From the NCBI GenBank assembly GCA_000182565.2, contig KQ257465.1: a stretch of DNA of 64,000 nt, one strand, 5' to 3'. Of this stretch, positions 38,206 to 51,800 are shown one piece after another. The notes beneath the pieces are model-generated. The model worked only from the letters and a program-made list of their open reading frames with translations. It was not told the DNA's origin and did not search any database. This DNA is from Spizellomyces punctatus DAOM BR117 (lineage: Eukaryota). Position 1 is the stretch's first letter, and each line of letters opens with the position of its first letter. The position numbers and the translations under genes are program-made.

Positions 38206-38640
38206 TCAAGCAGCTACAGCAATACTCTGCCTCTCCATTTCTGCTCTGTCCAGATTCCTCATTGGCCTCCATGCCATTCTGACGGCTAGGAACTCTCGTT
38301 CTATAGCGCGAACCAGATCCCTGTTCCACACGGGACCAATGGTCTCCATCACATCTGGATGCATTGTGCTAAGTATATCGGAGGGTACTGGGATCTCGGT
38401 AATTGAAGGTAGCGGTAGTGTAGTTGTCGATGATCTGCGGCGGCTCAAGACCACATCGTTTGCTGTTGCTGGCGTTGTCGGAGGTCGTGCTTGGACGTGC
38501 GACACGGCTTTTGAGGGATTTGGAGAGGCAGCGCGCAGTACTTGTGGACTCAGAGTTGATTTCGGCTGCGTCAGCGTCGCCATGGATGGGACGTATGGGG
38601 CAAAGCGAGGCCCGCGCGGCTGTTGTGTTGAACAGTGCAT
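38206..38640 (-). CDS. Small hypothetical protein
   Basis: 144-aa ATG-initiated ORF, Pro/Ser/Thr-rich with a helical C-terminus. Confidence 0.45.
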   Translation of the reverse strand: MHCSTQQPRGPRFAPYVPSMATLTQPKSTLSPQVLRAASPNPSKAVSHVQARPPTTPATANDVVLSRRRSSTTTLPLPSITEIPVPSDILSTMHPDVMETIGPVWNRDLVRAIEREFLAVRMAWRPMRNLDRAEMERQSIAVAA

Positions 38641-38976
38641 GTTTTAGAAAATATTCTGTGTGTTTTGATCAGAATATGGAATGAGAGGTCGAGCGGCGCC
38701 TTTTATGGTGAACCGTGGCGTGTCTGAGTTGCAATGACGTCGTTTCGTTGTAAGGCAATGAGTAATGTCACGTGGCATCATGAATATAAACAATTAACCT
38801 CGCGGTGGGAGGAATACATATGGGATTTGCGAACGAACTAGTGAAAACTGCTCAACGTGCATGGACTATATAATTTGCCTGTAGCTCGAACCAGTACTGT
38901 TTTCGAACTCCTACACAGGATCAACGTGCCCCAAAACAGTATATTTTACCTTACTATTTCTGACCCATAACATTTA

Positions 38977-41346
38977 CTAAAACTCAATGACAACAACTGC
39001 CCAAAGATCTCCGTTGCTGTCATCACATAACCCTGGTTCTTGTCCCTTCTCCTTTCCTTTGCGACTGCTGGCTTTTCCCACCCCCATATTCTCCTTTTCA
39101 CCTTCCCAATCTGCAGTCGTTAAAGGTGGCACACTAAACCCTCTGACAAAGCCGCTACCATCGTGATCACATGCCGTTACGGGCTTGACGAATTCCTTCC
39201 ATTGGGGGTGGGTCTTACCAGGGCTGGTAAAGTTTTGAGGATCAAAGATATAGATTCGGTAGGATATAGATGGTGATGTCTGACTAGGTGTCGAGGGAGT
39301 TTCACTCGGCATTGTCGTGGGCCCCGACGCGCGGGATGAGCTCCCGACTGAATGGGAAATATTTGAGAGAACTCCAGACTCCTTTCTCTTTCCTGTGCTC
39401 CCCTCCCCGACTCTGTTCCTCTGCAGCAACACCCTGAAAACCTCCCTGGATTTTCCCGCCTGCTCGTCCGCAGGTACGGGCTTTTGGGAAGAGTACTCGG
39501 ATGGACTATGGTTCGACGGGCTGCATCGCTCCGAATCGTCATTATCATCCTCGGGTCCCAAAGTCAACAGTACCCGGTATTGGAGACCAGCGCACAAAAC
39601 AGATTCGGAGCACATAATTCCCGGCTTTGTAATGTCGGTCCCTGTATCGGACACTGAAGGGTACATCGAACCCAGATGCTGTCCACTTTTACCAAGAAAG
39701 TAGTTTGCAACATTTTTGAACTTGACCGCAAACCGGAATTTTTGAAAGCCCTTTCGCGCTGCACTCCGTCCTCCATTCATCAGCTCCGCCTGTGTCCAGA
39801 AGCTTTCCAGGACGACAGCATCTGGAACGATGCCGTCACGTTTCACGAGCTCAAGCTGAGGAAAGGTCATGTAGGTGTAAATGACGGCGGTTTGAAATAC
39901 ACCTGCCATTACAGCATCTTCAGGAGTTGCCTGAGGGGTAGGAGAGAGTGCGCCCGGAATATAGTGCCTGTTAATGCTGCGCGGTGAGGATATCGGTGAT
40001 CGGCCATGCGCAGGCACTCGCCGTGTTGGTGTACGGATAGACGTATGTGGGGCCTGTGCAAAATCTTCAACGGCTTCTACAAATTGCTCCTCTTCGCCTT
40101 CTCGCCCATTGGTTAGGCCAAAGGGGCTCTCGTCATCAGAATTATCCGTCCGTTTTCTCTTACGTGCCCCAATGTTTGTGGGCACCACCTTTTCAAAGAG
40201 GTTGCCGAAATAGTTTCGGAGACGTAGAACGGCATCGGTAGGACCTGCATTTCTCGTTAATGAATCTGCGCTGTTACTATGGTTCGTCGTATCCTCCAAT
40301 ACGCTAGCAGTTTCACTCCATAGAGACACCTCCAGGTCGTCATTTCGGGTAAATGTGCAATCGTTGTCGCTGAGAAACTCCTGTTTGATCGGAACATCAT
40401 CTGCAAGGACCCTACATCCTGTCACGCGCCTTGATCCAACTACCCTCTTGACCAATTCATATCTCTCGAATTCGCTTTGAACACACAGCAAGTCACTTTC
40501 GAGCACCCGGCGCACCCAACACAATGGCAACCTGGTCAATACTTGCTCAGCAGACATGGCATGGCCCTTCTCGCTATCAGGGATCTCCTTAGCCAATCCC
40601 ACATTGACAACTCCACAGAGGAAGCCTAATACAGCTTCGCTCAGTTTCCGGTGACACTCTGCAAAGAGCCTACCGTATGCGTGCTTGTGACCGTACGGCG
40701 AGCTGAGGACACCGTGAGGCCGTAGTCTTTCGAGTTGAGTAGCGTAAGTGACGATTGTGTCAGTGGAGAGTGTGGTAAGGATCGTATTGACGCAGTAAGA
40801 TTTCAGGGAATGTAGCTCAAAGAAGCAAGCTGCTGGAAGAATCGAAAGCACGTTGAGAGGAGTTATGGATGCGCGTTGAGAAGCGGCATAGAGGTCTCGG
40901 AGAGCTGTCTGAACAAGGGAAAGTTACCCCATGTTTGCATACATCCCGGATGCTCGCCTGTCGTTGCTGATGCGTACCTGTACACCTTCTCTAGTCACCC
41001 TCCAATCTCCGCCAATCTCAACACCCAAAAATCCCTCAACAATGACCACCTCTCCACCGTTCTCATCCAGCAACAGTCGTTTAAAAAAGGGAGACTGCAG
41101 GAGTATCACTCGGTGTAAGCGATATACGTGATTATGGGATATTATTTTTACGTCGGAAAACCGGCCCGTGCGAACTGACATTTGATACAAGCGCAATATT
41201 AGGGTTGATACATTAACTTAAGAGGAGGCTAGTGAGACAGGGCGCGAGGACTTACAAGCATCAAGAAATGTCTCGGTGCGATCACATATGAGCGAGTGCT
41301 TTGTAGGCCTACCAGCCTGAGATGGAGAATGGTGACCGCTCAACAT
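38977..41346 (-). CDS. BTB/POZ (BACK-like) domain protein
   Basis: GRFSDVKIISHNHVYRLHRVILLQSPFFKRLL, NVLSILPAACFFELHSLKSYC, VLESDLLCVQSEFERYELVK and a MATH-like C-terminus. Confidence 0.85.
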
Positions 41347-41502
41347 GCGTTGAAGGCGAAAGGATTATGATCGTTGGCCTGAGGGTTTACTGAATTGAAA
41401 AGCTAGAGATCGGTGCAGCTACAGCTACTGAAAAACCGACGGGAAATTGTGCTTACCACAGAGTTTCGGACAGCGTCCACTTGTCCGAAAGCGCGACCTC
41501 TG

Positions 41503-43235
41503 ATGACGTTTCCAGCCTTTAGCTCGTCCCATTGGTACATGAATCCAATTTCTCGCCGCACAACTTTCTTCTTGCTGGGAGCCATAACAGGCTCGGCTGC
41601 CACATACCTTCTGAATCGACGTTCTTCTGTTAAATCTGCGGCGACACAAACGGCTGAACCGACGTCTGCGAACCGCGTCAGCGAACTGGTCAAATATGGC
41701 ATCCCCGAGACCGAGCAAGTACAGTTTAGGAAAAACTTTGTGACGAGTATCAATTATCGGATGAAGATTCCTAATTGGGTTTTGGTTAGTCTCATGCCAT
41801 TATCTTATGCTCGTACCTGCGACTAGAACTTGCCCTGTTTGAACCTGCAGGAACACTTGACAAAGGAGAACTTGAAGGGAACTGCCGACGTATGTGGTAA
41901 ATGATGAGCAATGTACCTCCAGTGTCAAAGGGCTGTTCCTGAGATGCTCTGCAATCTTTCGCCAGAGGCAGTATGCTCGCTTCGAACCGGACGAGTCGGT
42001 CCCGGAAATATTCCGCGCCAATAATGAAGATTATTGGAAGAGTGGATACTCAAGGTAAACACTTGGGAACATGGCTTTCATACTGGAAACCGTGATCAAT
42101 ACAATCCACCAATAACCAAATTTCTTTGTTGACTAGAGGGCACCTTGCCCCCGCCAGTAATAATAAATCTTCGGCCGAGGCAATGAAAGAAAGCTTTTTG
42201 CTTTCGGCCAACATCGTCCCTCAAGACTATGACAATAACGTGTAAGCGGCTCCTCAGCTCGTGTCTTCTACATGAGTGTTATTTTGCTCATCTACCTTTA
42301 AGCTGGTACTGGAACCGTCTGGAACTGTATGTCCGGGATCTGACCAATTACTTTGACGATGTCTATACCTTGACGGGTCCGCTATGGCTTCCAGAGCCGA
42401 TCCCAGATCCCACTGATAGGGCTCGCAATGCGTCTCCGTCTTCAACGTCAATGGCTGCGCACGCTCGACCGAAAAGAATGCAAAGGGCCTTCACGCCGCC
42501 GCCGCCTCCGTTGGATGCTTTACCTCTTCCTGCAGGGGAGGACGTGCTCATAAATCCCGTTCCATCTACGATCTTTCATGCCGCCGTTCAGCACCCAGAT
42601 GATGTTCCCATGGAGCCGACAGACCAATTACAGCCTGTGCGCTCTCTCACGGTACGTCCATTGCCCGCGGAAACGGCGCCACCCCGACCACTCCCAAAGT
42701 ACCAAATATGTTACCCGGTTCTCGGCGATACCCAAATAGCCATTCCTTCTCATCTATTCAAAGCAATCCTTGCAACTGATACCAGTACCCACACCCATCA
42801 TTTTGCCGCATTTGTCATTCCCAATCGGCCTATCCCTGAAGATACTCCTTTGAAAGTCTTTCAAGTGGGAAAAAATGATCTCGAAAAGATGACAGGGTTC
42901 AAAGTCTTTGAGGGAGGGTTGGGGCCTCAAGGAGAGCTCAAAGACTTGTGCATTTCGCACGGATGCAGGATGATGGAACCGGATGAGCACAGGTATGTAC
43001 AGGTTCTTTGGCCCGCCGTTCAAGCGAAGCAGAACTGACCGTCGTGTACGGTTCAAGGCTGTACTTTCTGACAAGAGATTTGAGAAATTCAAAAAAAATG
43101 CAGCGGGTGGAGAGAACAGTGGATCAGTTGTTACGGCAGGGTATCGTACCGGATCACGAGTTTATGAAAGTGTTGGCGGAGAAAGTGGACATGCTTGATC
43201 GAACGGAACAGGAAGTGGGTGAACCTAGTTCGTAA
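41503..43235 (+). CDS. EXOG: Mitochondrial EndoG-family nuclease of EXOG type
   Basis: KIPNWVLEHLT, SRGHLAPASNN active site and NIVPQDYDNN..YWNRLE. After intron 42993-43057 comes a C-terminal helical extension LYFLTRDLRNSKKMQRVERTVDQLLRQGIVPDHEFMKVLAEKVDML. Confidence 0.8.
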
Positions 43236-43597
43236 CCCGCTGTCATTTCTGCGAGAGCATACGGTGTACGTCAGGCTTGATGATGCTTTTGTAACTATAC
43301 TCCCACCATTGTATGGCATAAAGTAACGGATCGCTGTGACATCACAAGTTGTCGAGTCTAAAATGTGAGCACTACCAGCTGAAAATATAAGAACCAAAAC
43401 AAATGGGTAGACCGAAAAACTGACACAAAGCATGGGATATCTACATTTTAGCAAATAACGTATGTAAATGAATCAAGGACGTCTAACAAATACAGTGATA
43501 AAGCGGCGACATCAGGAACTAATAATAGATAGTAGTGTGCGACCTTTGCATGCAAGGCCAAACGCAAAGAAAAGAAGTTGGTCATAAAGCTGCTCAG

Positions 43598-45690
43598 CTA
43601 TGGCTCCGGAGCACCACTGGCTCTTCTGGATGTGGCTGTGGATCGTCCTTTTGGTTTCGCGATCGCCTCTGACGAAGACGCCCCTATTCCCATATTCGAA
43701 AGTGCACTGACGTAGTCTGCTCTCTTCGGACCTCTTGCCTTCGCTTTTGCTTTTCCCTTCGCTTTCTTCGCCGCTGCTTTCTCCATAACCTTGTCTCTGT
43801 ATCTTACTAATTCCCGCACAAATGTGTCGCCATCGCGTTGTTCTTGATATCGCTTTTCGGCCAAACGTAATGCTGCGCTAAAGTTTGGGACAAGCTTGTC
43901 TGGAGACTGGGCTAAGAGGACTTTGAGGATCGGTTGGATAAGAGTAGTACCCGAGTGTACGATGCAACGACGGATGGTTTTGTCCGTAATCACTGGACGT
44001 TGGCGACGGTTAGTAAGGAGATATCGGGCGATATGAAAGGATTGCTGATCAATAGCATAGACAAGTAGTTCGGCCAACTAAACGTATGGATCAAAAATTA
44101 GCGAAAATTTGAAGGGCAGCTACCGAGTGACCAGATTGCCAACCTTTTCTTCTGTAAAGTCCATTGTTCGGATAAGGTACTGAAATATTGCCTCTTTCTC
44201 GGTTGCAATAAGGTGTTTCTGTAGAAGGCGAAAATGTCAACAATTTCTCGGTCCACGAATCACATGCGACGATCGCATCATACCAACGGATCCACTCCAG
44301 CATGACCGCCTGATTCCTCCGCAGCAATGTCAAACCGAGCACCTTCTTTCAGCAATGTTTTAACAGCTTTAAGGTCATTCTCCACGCATGCAGCTATGAG
44401 GGCTCGTCGCAGAGCGGCAGGTGACTTGGTAGGCTGCTGGTAGTTGCCCATATATCGAGTAAGCATGTCAACACCGGCGACGTAGTTCTCGTCCACCGCT
44501 AATTGAAGTGTGGCCTATAACTGACTGGTTAATCAATGTCGGACACATTGGTGGAGAATAATTTGGCTTTACCTTGAGTACTTCAAACCCCTGAGCTGTA
44601 TTCCACCGCTCCAGATCGTGCTCCAGTAATAATTCCATGACTTCTTCTTGCCTTTGCTTGGTTGCTAGAATCAAGGCCTCCACCGCTGTGTGATGCAATA
44701 TGTTACTACATTGAACCGCCACCATGTGATATGCTAGAACGTACTTTTTGTCATATACATGCGAGTTTCATTTGGGAAAAATGATTCTTCCCATTGTGCC
44801 GTTGCTTCAAAGAGCGGAAACATGGTCATATCGTATGCCCTCTCTGTTGCGGGACTTCCGCTGGGAAAGCGCTCGATATGTGTAGCAATGTTGTAGCGAA
44901 GGAGTACTTTGACAAGAGCCTTATTTCCAGAACTAACAGCCGTCAAAAAGGTACGAAATCCTGCTCAGTGATAATTGGTTATGGCGACGTTCTACAGATC
45001 ATTTGCACGAAAAAGTCTGCCTACCTTCATTTGTTTTCAACAAAGGTAACCCGGTTACCATGCTCCATTTGCAGAAATTCACATCAAAGCGATATTTCTT
45101 AACGAGAACTTCCAACGCCTCCATCCTGGCTGCCGTCATCAACGAATTCGAGTGGGCGTGGACAGTCCAGGGAATAATCTCTTTAAAATATTGCCCATCG
45201 TTCTTCGCCAGGGACAAATCTCCATATAGCATTTCGCCGTATTGAAGCAGTGGAATGAGCAGGCTAAGTTTGTTGATATGCTGGAACCGAGTGACGCCTC
45301 GTTGAATGATGTATCTGCAAAATTGAACTCTGTCTAAGGTAGTTCAAATAGCACTGGTTGTTTTTCTGCAACAAACCTTGGAACTGGTGGAACAATCTTG
45401 AGCAGTAATTCAAAAGTGTCTGGGTCCAGTAATTTTGTCCATCTTAAGGCGCCTTGGAAAGCGTTGAGCTTTCCATACTTTCTAACCAACCAGCTACATC
45501 GCACCCAGCATTTTCTTCCCACCGTCCGTAGCGTGCTGTTTACTTTTATCAGCCGGGATGGGTCATACACAAACGAAAATATAGCTTCAAGAAGCTCTTC
45601 AGGAAGGTCGCTGAAAGTGGTGGCTTGCAGCATGGGGCGTGCCTTTTGCGACGCAGCTCGGCGAGAACCCTGCTGATGTTGTCGGAACAT
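43598..45690 (-). CDS. F-box plus ankyrin-repeat-like protein
   Basis: F-box TFSDLPEELLEAIFSFV. Ankyrin-like units FLTAVSSGNKALVKVLL, ALILATKQRQEEVMELLL and ALIAACVENDLKAVKTLLKEGA. Multi-exon. Confidence 0.75.
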
Positions 45691-46907
45691 TCTCCCTTCA
45701 CCGCAGGCCAGAGCCAGATGCTCTCGGTCAGTTTATCTGCCTGGAAATGGGGCTCTGATGGGCCTGAAGGACAGGTCTAGGAGTAATTTTGCGATAGGTG
45801 GTTTTGACAGTTCCAAGCTAGTGACAGATGCAGGCAACAGAACAACTGTACACAGAGGCCAAGCGACAGATGCTGGAACAAGAAGCTCTTGGAGACTGAT
45901 GGCAGCTCGGGGACGGCAAAGTGCCAAGCGTTGAACGTTGTTTTTGGCGTGTGGGAAACAACAAAAAAGCGGTCTTTACGAGTACTCATCATCAAATGGC
46001 CTAAGCACATCGTGATGAATGTGGCCTGTGATGGACTGTGCCACCTGCGGGTTTTCAGGACGCTCTCAAAAGGAGACTCTGAACGCAATTGCTTTTTAAT
46101 GCCGATGATGGCGGTTTGGAATTAGCATTTTTGTAGCTCTGGTGTGTGCCTATCCCATTGGCCGTGTACGGTTTCTTGCGTACTGCTGCTGGGGCAAACT
46201 TATTGTTGTCTACTGCATTCCTTGCACGAGCTACCAGCATCTCTTTTGATTTTCAGTTTTTCTTGAAAACCCTAGCACTTTTATGCTCTTGCCCTCCATG
46301 GAGGTTTTTTTAGCGACCATCCACTGGAATGCTCATATCATTGCAGTCAAACGTTGCAACATTTGTGATGATTGGGGAAGTTCTGGCAAGAAATATATCT
46401 CTTACTCTCGACTCCTCGCTGTCTCTGCCTCTCACCCAAATGTGACTTTTTGAAAAAGTAGCTTACTTCAATTTTGCCATCAACAATGTAAACACTGTCA
46501 CCCTCGGTTGCCTTGGGGTGATGAATCATACCAATCAGCACAAGTATTTTGCTCTTCAAAAGGATAAAGGAAATGTGTGTACCAATCATCATTCTGGAAT
46601 AGTACAAATGCATATTCCATGCAGAAAGAAAATATTCCAAATAAGAAATCACGTGGATATTCAATACTGTTATTTAGAAAAAAGAATATTCCTACTATTT
46701 GTTATTAGCCATAGGTTGTGAGGAGATGCCCTCAAATTACATCAAATTACATAAAATATGATCGGGCGACAACAGGAATTATCCTTGGGGAAACATTATT
46801 TATCATTTGGTGTTTGTTCTGCATAGAAACAGTCTTTGACTCCTGCAGTTGGAATATAAAAATACAAGGGAACGCAAGCATTCTTCCCTTGGTTTCATAT
46901 CACAAGT

Positions 46908-48824
46908 ATGGAGAAGCAAGTATCTCCACTGCTCCCAACAGTATCCAAAACTGTTGCGTATCGCAAAAATCCTGCATCTCACCGATATCATATGCGCTTG
47001 CCGGTATGGAGAACGCTCGCTCTCTTGCTGGTCCTTATCAACACGTACGCCATTCCCCGCTGTGGACTGTATCCTCTCTTCAACACCCAACTTGCTACGA
47101 GAAATTCGCAGTACAGACAAGCTGCAAATCCTACGGACAGTATCCCTCAGCAGCGTGAGTTTGCGCCAGCTGGGCCGAAAAGGTTTACTGCCGTCATTAC
47201 GTGGGTCAATGGTAGCGACCCGCTTCACCAGCAGATGCGCTCAATATACGCACGGGAGGCACCACATGTCAACATGGTAAATCGGTTCAGAGATCTCGGT
47301 GAATTGAGGTACACCGTGAGAAGTCTGCAAAAGTTTGCCAGCTGGATCAAGGAAATTCTCATCTTAACGAGCGATTATCGGAACGTGGAATATGGATCCG
47401 ATCGTGGACAGGTTCCAATATGGTTTGCAGAGGTGTCCTCTGAAAGTGAACCAGTACCTCCCGTACGAGTAATTCATCATGACGAGTTTTTTGCAAACGC
47501 TCAAGGGTCGCTGCCGACATTCAATAGTCTGGCCATTGAGAGCCAATTGGGGAATTTGCCAGGGCTCGATGAGGATGTGAGTGTGACCTGCTCCACTGTA
47601 CCGTCCGCTGATCCCATTGCTGAACAGTACTCTCGCAACAGATCATGTTATACTTTAATGACGATATTACCGTCGGGCAGGCACTCCAATCATCAGACTT
47701 TTACTCTCCCGAGTCCGGATTTGCTTTCGCCATTCAATCTGATCTGCAGGTCAGCGCCTTTGACCGGCCGCCTCGCATTGAATCTTCTCAAGGAGAGTGG
47801 CCCGCTCTTGACTGGTCCAACTATTTACTCAGTGAGTATTGTAATGGAATCTTGGCTGTTCTGCTCTCAAGCCTAACTGTATCATTTTACTCCAGGTCAA
47901 AGATTTGGCAAACGACGACGGGGTTATGTCGCTCACAGCGTTAAAGCCTTTGCGACCCCTCTATTACAAGAACTGGCCTCAGATTTCCCCTCAGCCTTCC
48001 GACAGACGTCTCATCACAGGTTTCGCGGCATCGGTCACGACGTACACACTCCTTTCATGGCCGTGCACTATGTCCTGGAAATGCATCGCGAGAGTGTGTT
48101 GAAATACTTTGTAAATAACGTGCTAGATGAGAACGGAGATGGTGTTGTGGATGATCAGGAAGTGGAAGCATTGCAAAAATTGTCCTGGGACGCAGACTTG
48201 GTGAACGGGAACGGAATTCCTGTGCGGGAAAATCGGAGGACATGGGACTCGAGGAATGGCTACCCCCACATGACAGTCCAGCCAGAGGCAGGGAATGCAT
48301 GGACATACACTGATGGCACCCCACCTTCCCTCCGCAAATGCAGCTTTTCGCTTAACGTTTGCCTTCCGTCAGTGAGATCAGCTCAAGCGATTTTGCGCCA
48401 CATTGGCCGCGAACACATTGCTTGCGGAGACTGCCTCCTGAATACCATGGCCCGAGCTTCGGGCGACGCTGGAATCGACTCGTACCTCGTGCAAAACACC
48501 AAGCGCAACGTCAGCTCAAATCCGCTAGCTGAAGTCTCAAAATACAAATATTCGCTTACCTCACTATCTCTGTCCTTCCTGAAGCTCGAAAACGACGACT
48601 GCGCGACATGGAGATCTATGGAACTTCTGGCGGAAAATCCAACCGCAATAATATGTTTGAATGACGATATTGGCAGACCAGGTGCCGTGAACGGCATAAA
48701 GAGTATGCTGGAAGTGTTCTTTGCACGTCTAGGATTGAAGAATGACGGAGCCGCCATCAAAGAATTTGACGCATGTGCGCCAAGGAGTCGTCCAAGGAGA
48801 CCTATTCTCAGCGATTTTAGTTAG
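46908..48824 (+). CDS. Stealth-family sugar-phosphotransferase (XPT1/GNPTAB-like)
   Basis: CR1 FTAVITWVNGSDP, CR2 RFRDLGELRYTVRSL..LPTFNSLAIES..LYFNDD, CR3 YVAHSVK..HRFR, CR4 ICLNDD, and an N-terminal TM anchor. Confidence 0.9.
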
Positions 48825-51800
48825 GACGATTATGTACCGACTAGCAGCACTAGATAGTTTTGCCTGCCATTAGACGCATGCAGTTTACCCTTATCCGTGG
48901 AATAAATACTTGCTCGCTCGCAACAGGCACAATGGTTGCAAAGAATGTATGGTCGCTTTTGGGTCACTTTTCGGGTTGAATGGTGTGCACAACCTGAATC
49001 AGGAGGGCAATGAGCTACATCTTGTGGATTTCGTCAGTGTGAAACGGGTTGCATACCGTCGTCTTCTTCCCACGTAAGACCCTGGCCATCCTTTTTGTGT
49101 TGGCCCACCTGCAGATTGACCGGTCCGAAAAGCCTGTCATTCCAGCCAGAATGAGGTGACCGGCTCGTCTTTGCATCACTTTCCAGCCGTAGTGCTCATT
49201 GGCCTGAAAATTACAAACTTAGGTCACCAAACTTAGATATACCTAACCCTAACTAGCGTTCGGTGTTCGTGGAATGGTTTGCTAATGCTCCACAGTATCC
49301 GGACGTATCCTTCCGTGATAACTTTGCAGCATCATAAAAGGAGCTTAATCCTACTCGTGCTTAACAATGGTAGATGCCTCTGCACCAATGCTTCGAATCA
49401 GCGAATTACGGTGTAGTGCTTAGGCTACTATAGATAAACCCTAAATACAAGCAGGGCCGGTCAAACCACGGGTCTTGAGGGAGAACCTGGCCGATCACGC
49501 TTTCTTTTCTTTTCACTTAATTCTCGCAAGTGGACATGGCAACCCAACACTTTCAGCAACTACAAATGGCATATGAAGGTTTTTTTTCTTGCCACATGTC
49601 GACGGCGGATAGCCAACAGACCCGAAGGGCTTTGCCGCTCGCGGTCATGATCTTATCTTTTTTGCCCTGCATCAATTACTGGCTCCCTATTCCTCGCCAG
49701 ATGTATGCCGTGGGCGAATGCGAACCACTCTTTGCAAGCGCAGCGTCAGAGAGAAAGACATTGAATTGCGGAAGTGAGGGCCCGTCTGGTCCGCTGGCAT
49801 TATAGTGTACCGATACGACAAATGATCCATAGTTCTGCGTTTGTTCTCCAGGGATGATCGCGACGTGATAACGTGTCGGGAGCGAGAGGGTTACCCCGAG
49901 GGTAGCATCTGAAGATATCCTGAGCTTCTGGTGACCCTTGGGTGTAGCCGTGCGGGAAAGGGGGAGAGAGTAGGTGGAGTCCTGCTTTGGGGAGTCCATC
50001 TTGGCTGGCAGGATTCCTCTGCGGTCTTCGTTTGTCTTTGGACACCACGTAATGGTTGAGGGTTGAAGGGAGAGGTGGCAAAAGTGGGTGGAGTGTCAGG
50101 TCGAGAACTCTGTTTTTTTTCTGCCAGCGTCTGGGGGCTTGATAGTACGCCAGGATATCGTTTGGGTCGCGACCGATGATGGCCATGGGATTTGACACCT
50201 CCAGATGACCGACAGGAGCCGAGGCAGTCTGGTTAGCAGGCCGCGGGGCCGTGGCGACCATCGATGCGTCCCCATGTTAGTGAGCATGGTCCTTGAGGAA
50301 AACTCCTCAAAATTCCAATTGATAACATGTCGCTCTTTGAATAAACTGGGAGTTTCCCGCACTGCTGCTATACTGAGAAACGGGGAGACGTGCGGGAGGA
50401 AAAGAGGGACGTGTTAGCAGCCAGCGGCGTGAAACGGCGAGGTTTCCCTCACCGTTGGAGGTATGAAATACTGCTGGTGCTGCCGACGGGAAGGTGAATC
50501 AATTTGGGGATGATCACTGATCTACCGTTGATGATGAGAAAGATCGCACATTTAATAAACTCATTATTACCCGTTAACGAAGCATAACGACATAAGTTTG
50601 AGTCAGCGAATGCGAGTGCGGTGTTTACTCCTAAAGGAAAATGTCAGACATGAACGCAACTGAGCAAGATATTTGCAAATATGGACAGTAACCCAACAAA
50701 ATGTTCCTAAACCGCTGGCCGATGGCACATTACCGGCAATATCCCAACGTTCACAAAGAGCCAAAAAGACTAAAAGTTTCTCCCAAGGCACTGTCTTGCA
50801 GATATTGTCTAACTTTGCCTCTCAATTTTTGGACAATATCAGATAAAGACTCTCTCCGCGCGAGATAAAAATGCTACCGGCCAAGAAAGGTTTAACTACG
50901 GGCCTAGAACGAACGATATCAGCACAGGGGCGATTCCCCAGTCATCGAGCGCATCTATCGTCAACTGATTACATGTCGTATCTTGGATGGCAAGAACATC
51001 CCTATCCTCAATGCAACCGGAATGACTCCGTTGAACATTATACGAATGGCTATCAAAAGATAGGGATGGATACCAGTGTTGATTGATGGCGGGTGAGGAG
51101 CTAATCTGCAATATGCTGCAAGTGCCCATATCCTGCCGGTACCACCTGTGAAGCGATCAGTCGTTACGCAATGAGTTGATGTTGATGAAGCGGGCATTGA
51201 GCACAGGGTTGTCAACATTGCCAAACATCCTAGAGTAATAAGCACAGAACACTGTCGGTGGACGCCCATAGATGTTGCTATAGGTGCTGGCATAACATAC
51301 GCACATCAGAATTCAGAAAAAAAGTGGATGTATAATTATGCGATATATGCGTACAATCACCATGTAACTAGCCACATAATCCTGGAAGAACCCAAAATTT
51401 GGGACTTTAAGGAATCGGGTGTGATCAGCCTCTTAGTTAAAATCATGAAACATAATACTTGTCCTCTAGAGTCGCCCTAAGGAGCTGCTTGTAGATATTC
51501 CTGCTTCAGCATACACAGAACTTCCTTCGCGATCACACCGAGGGGTTTCCATTTGGATTCAGTCGAAGATAAATTTGTAGTATAGGGTCCCCCACCGTCC
51601 AGAACGCTTCTAGCTTAGGATCGATACCGCAACATTCAAAGTCTAGTTTAAATCTATTTTCTTCTATTCAGCGCAGCAACTATTGGTGACCCCATAGGTT
51701 TGAAAAGGATTGATCTTGAATCTGGGAACTGTCATTGGCGTTCTCCCAATAGTTTCATCACCACTTTCTCTGTATATGTCTTTAATGCAATCGAAGATAT

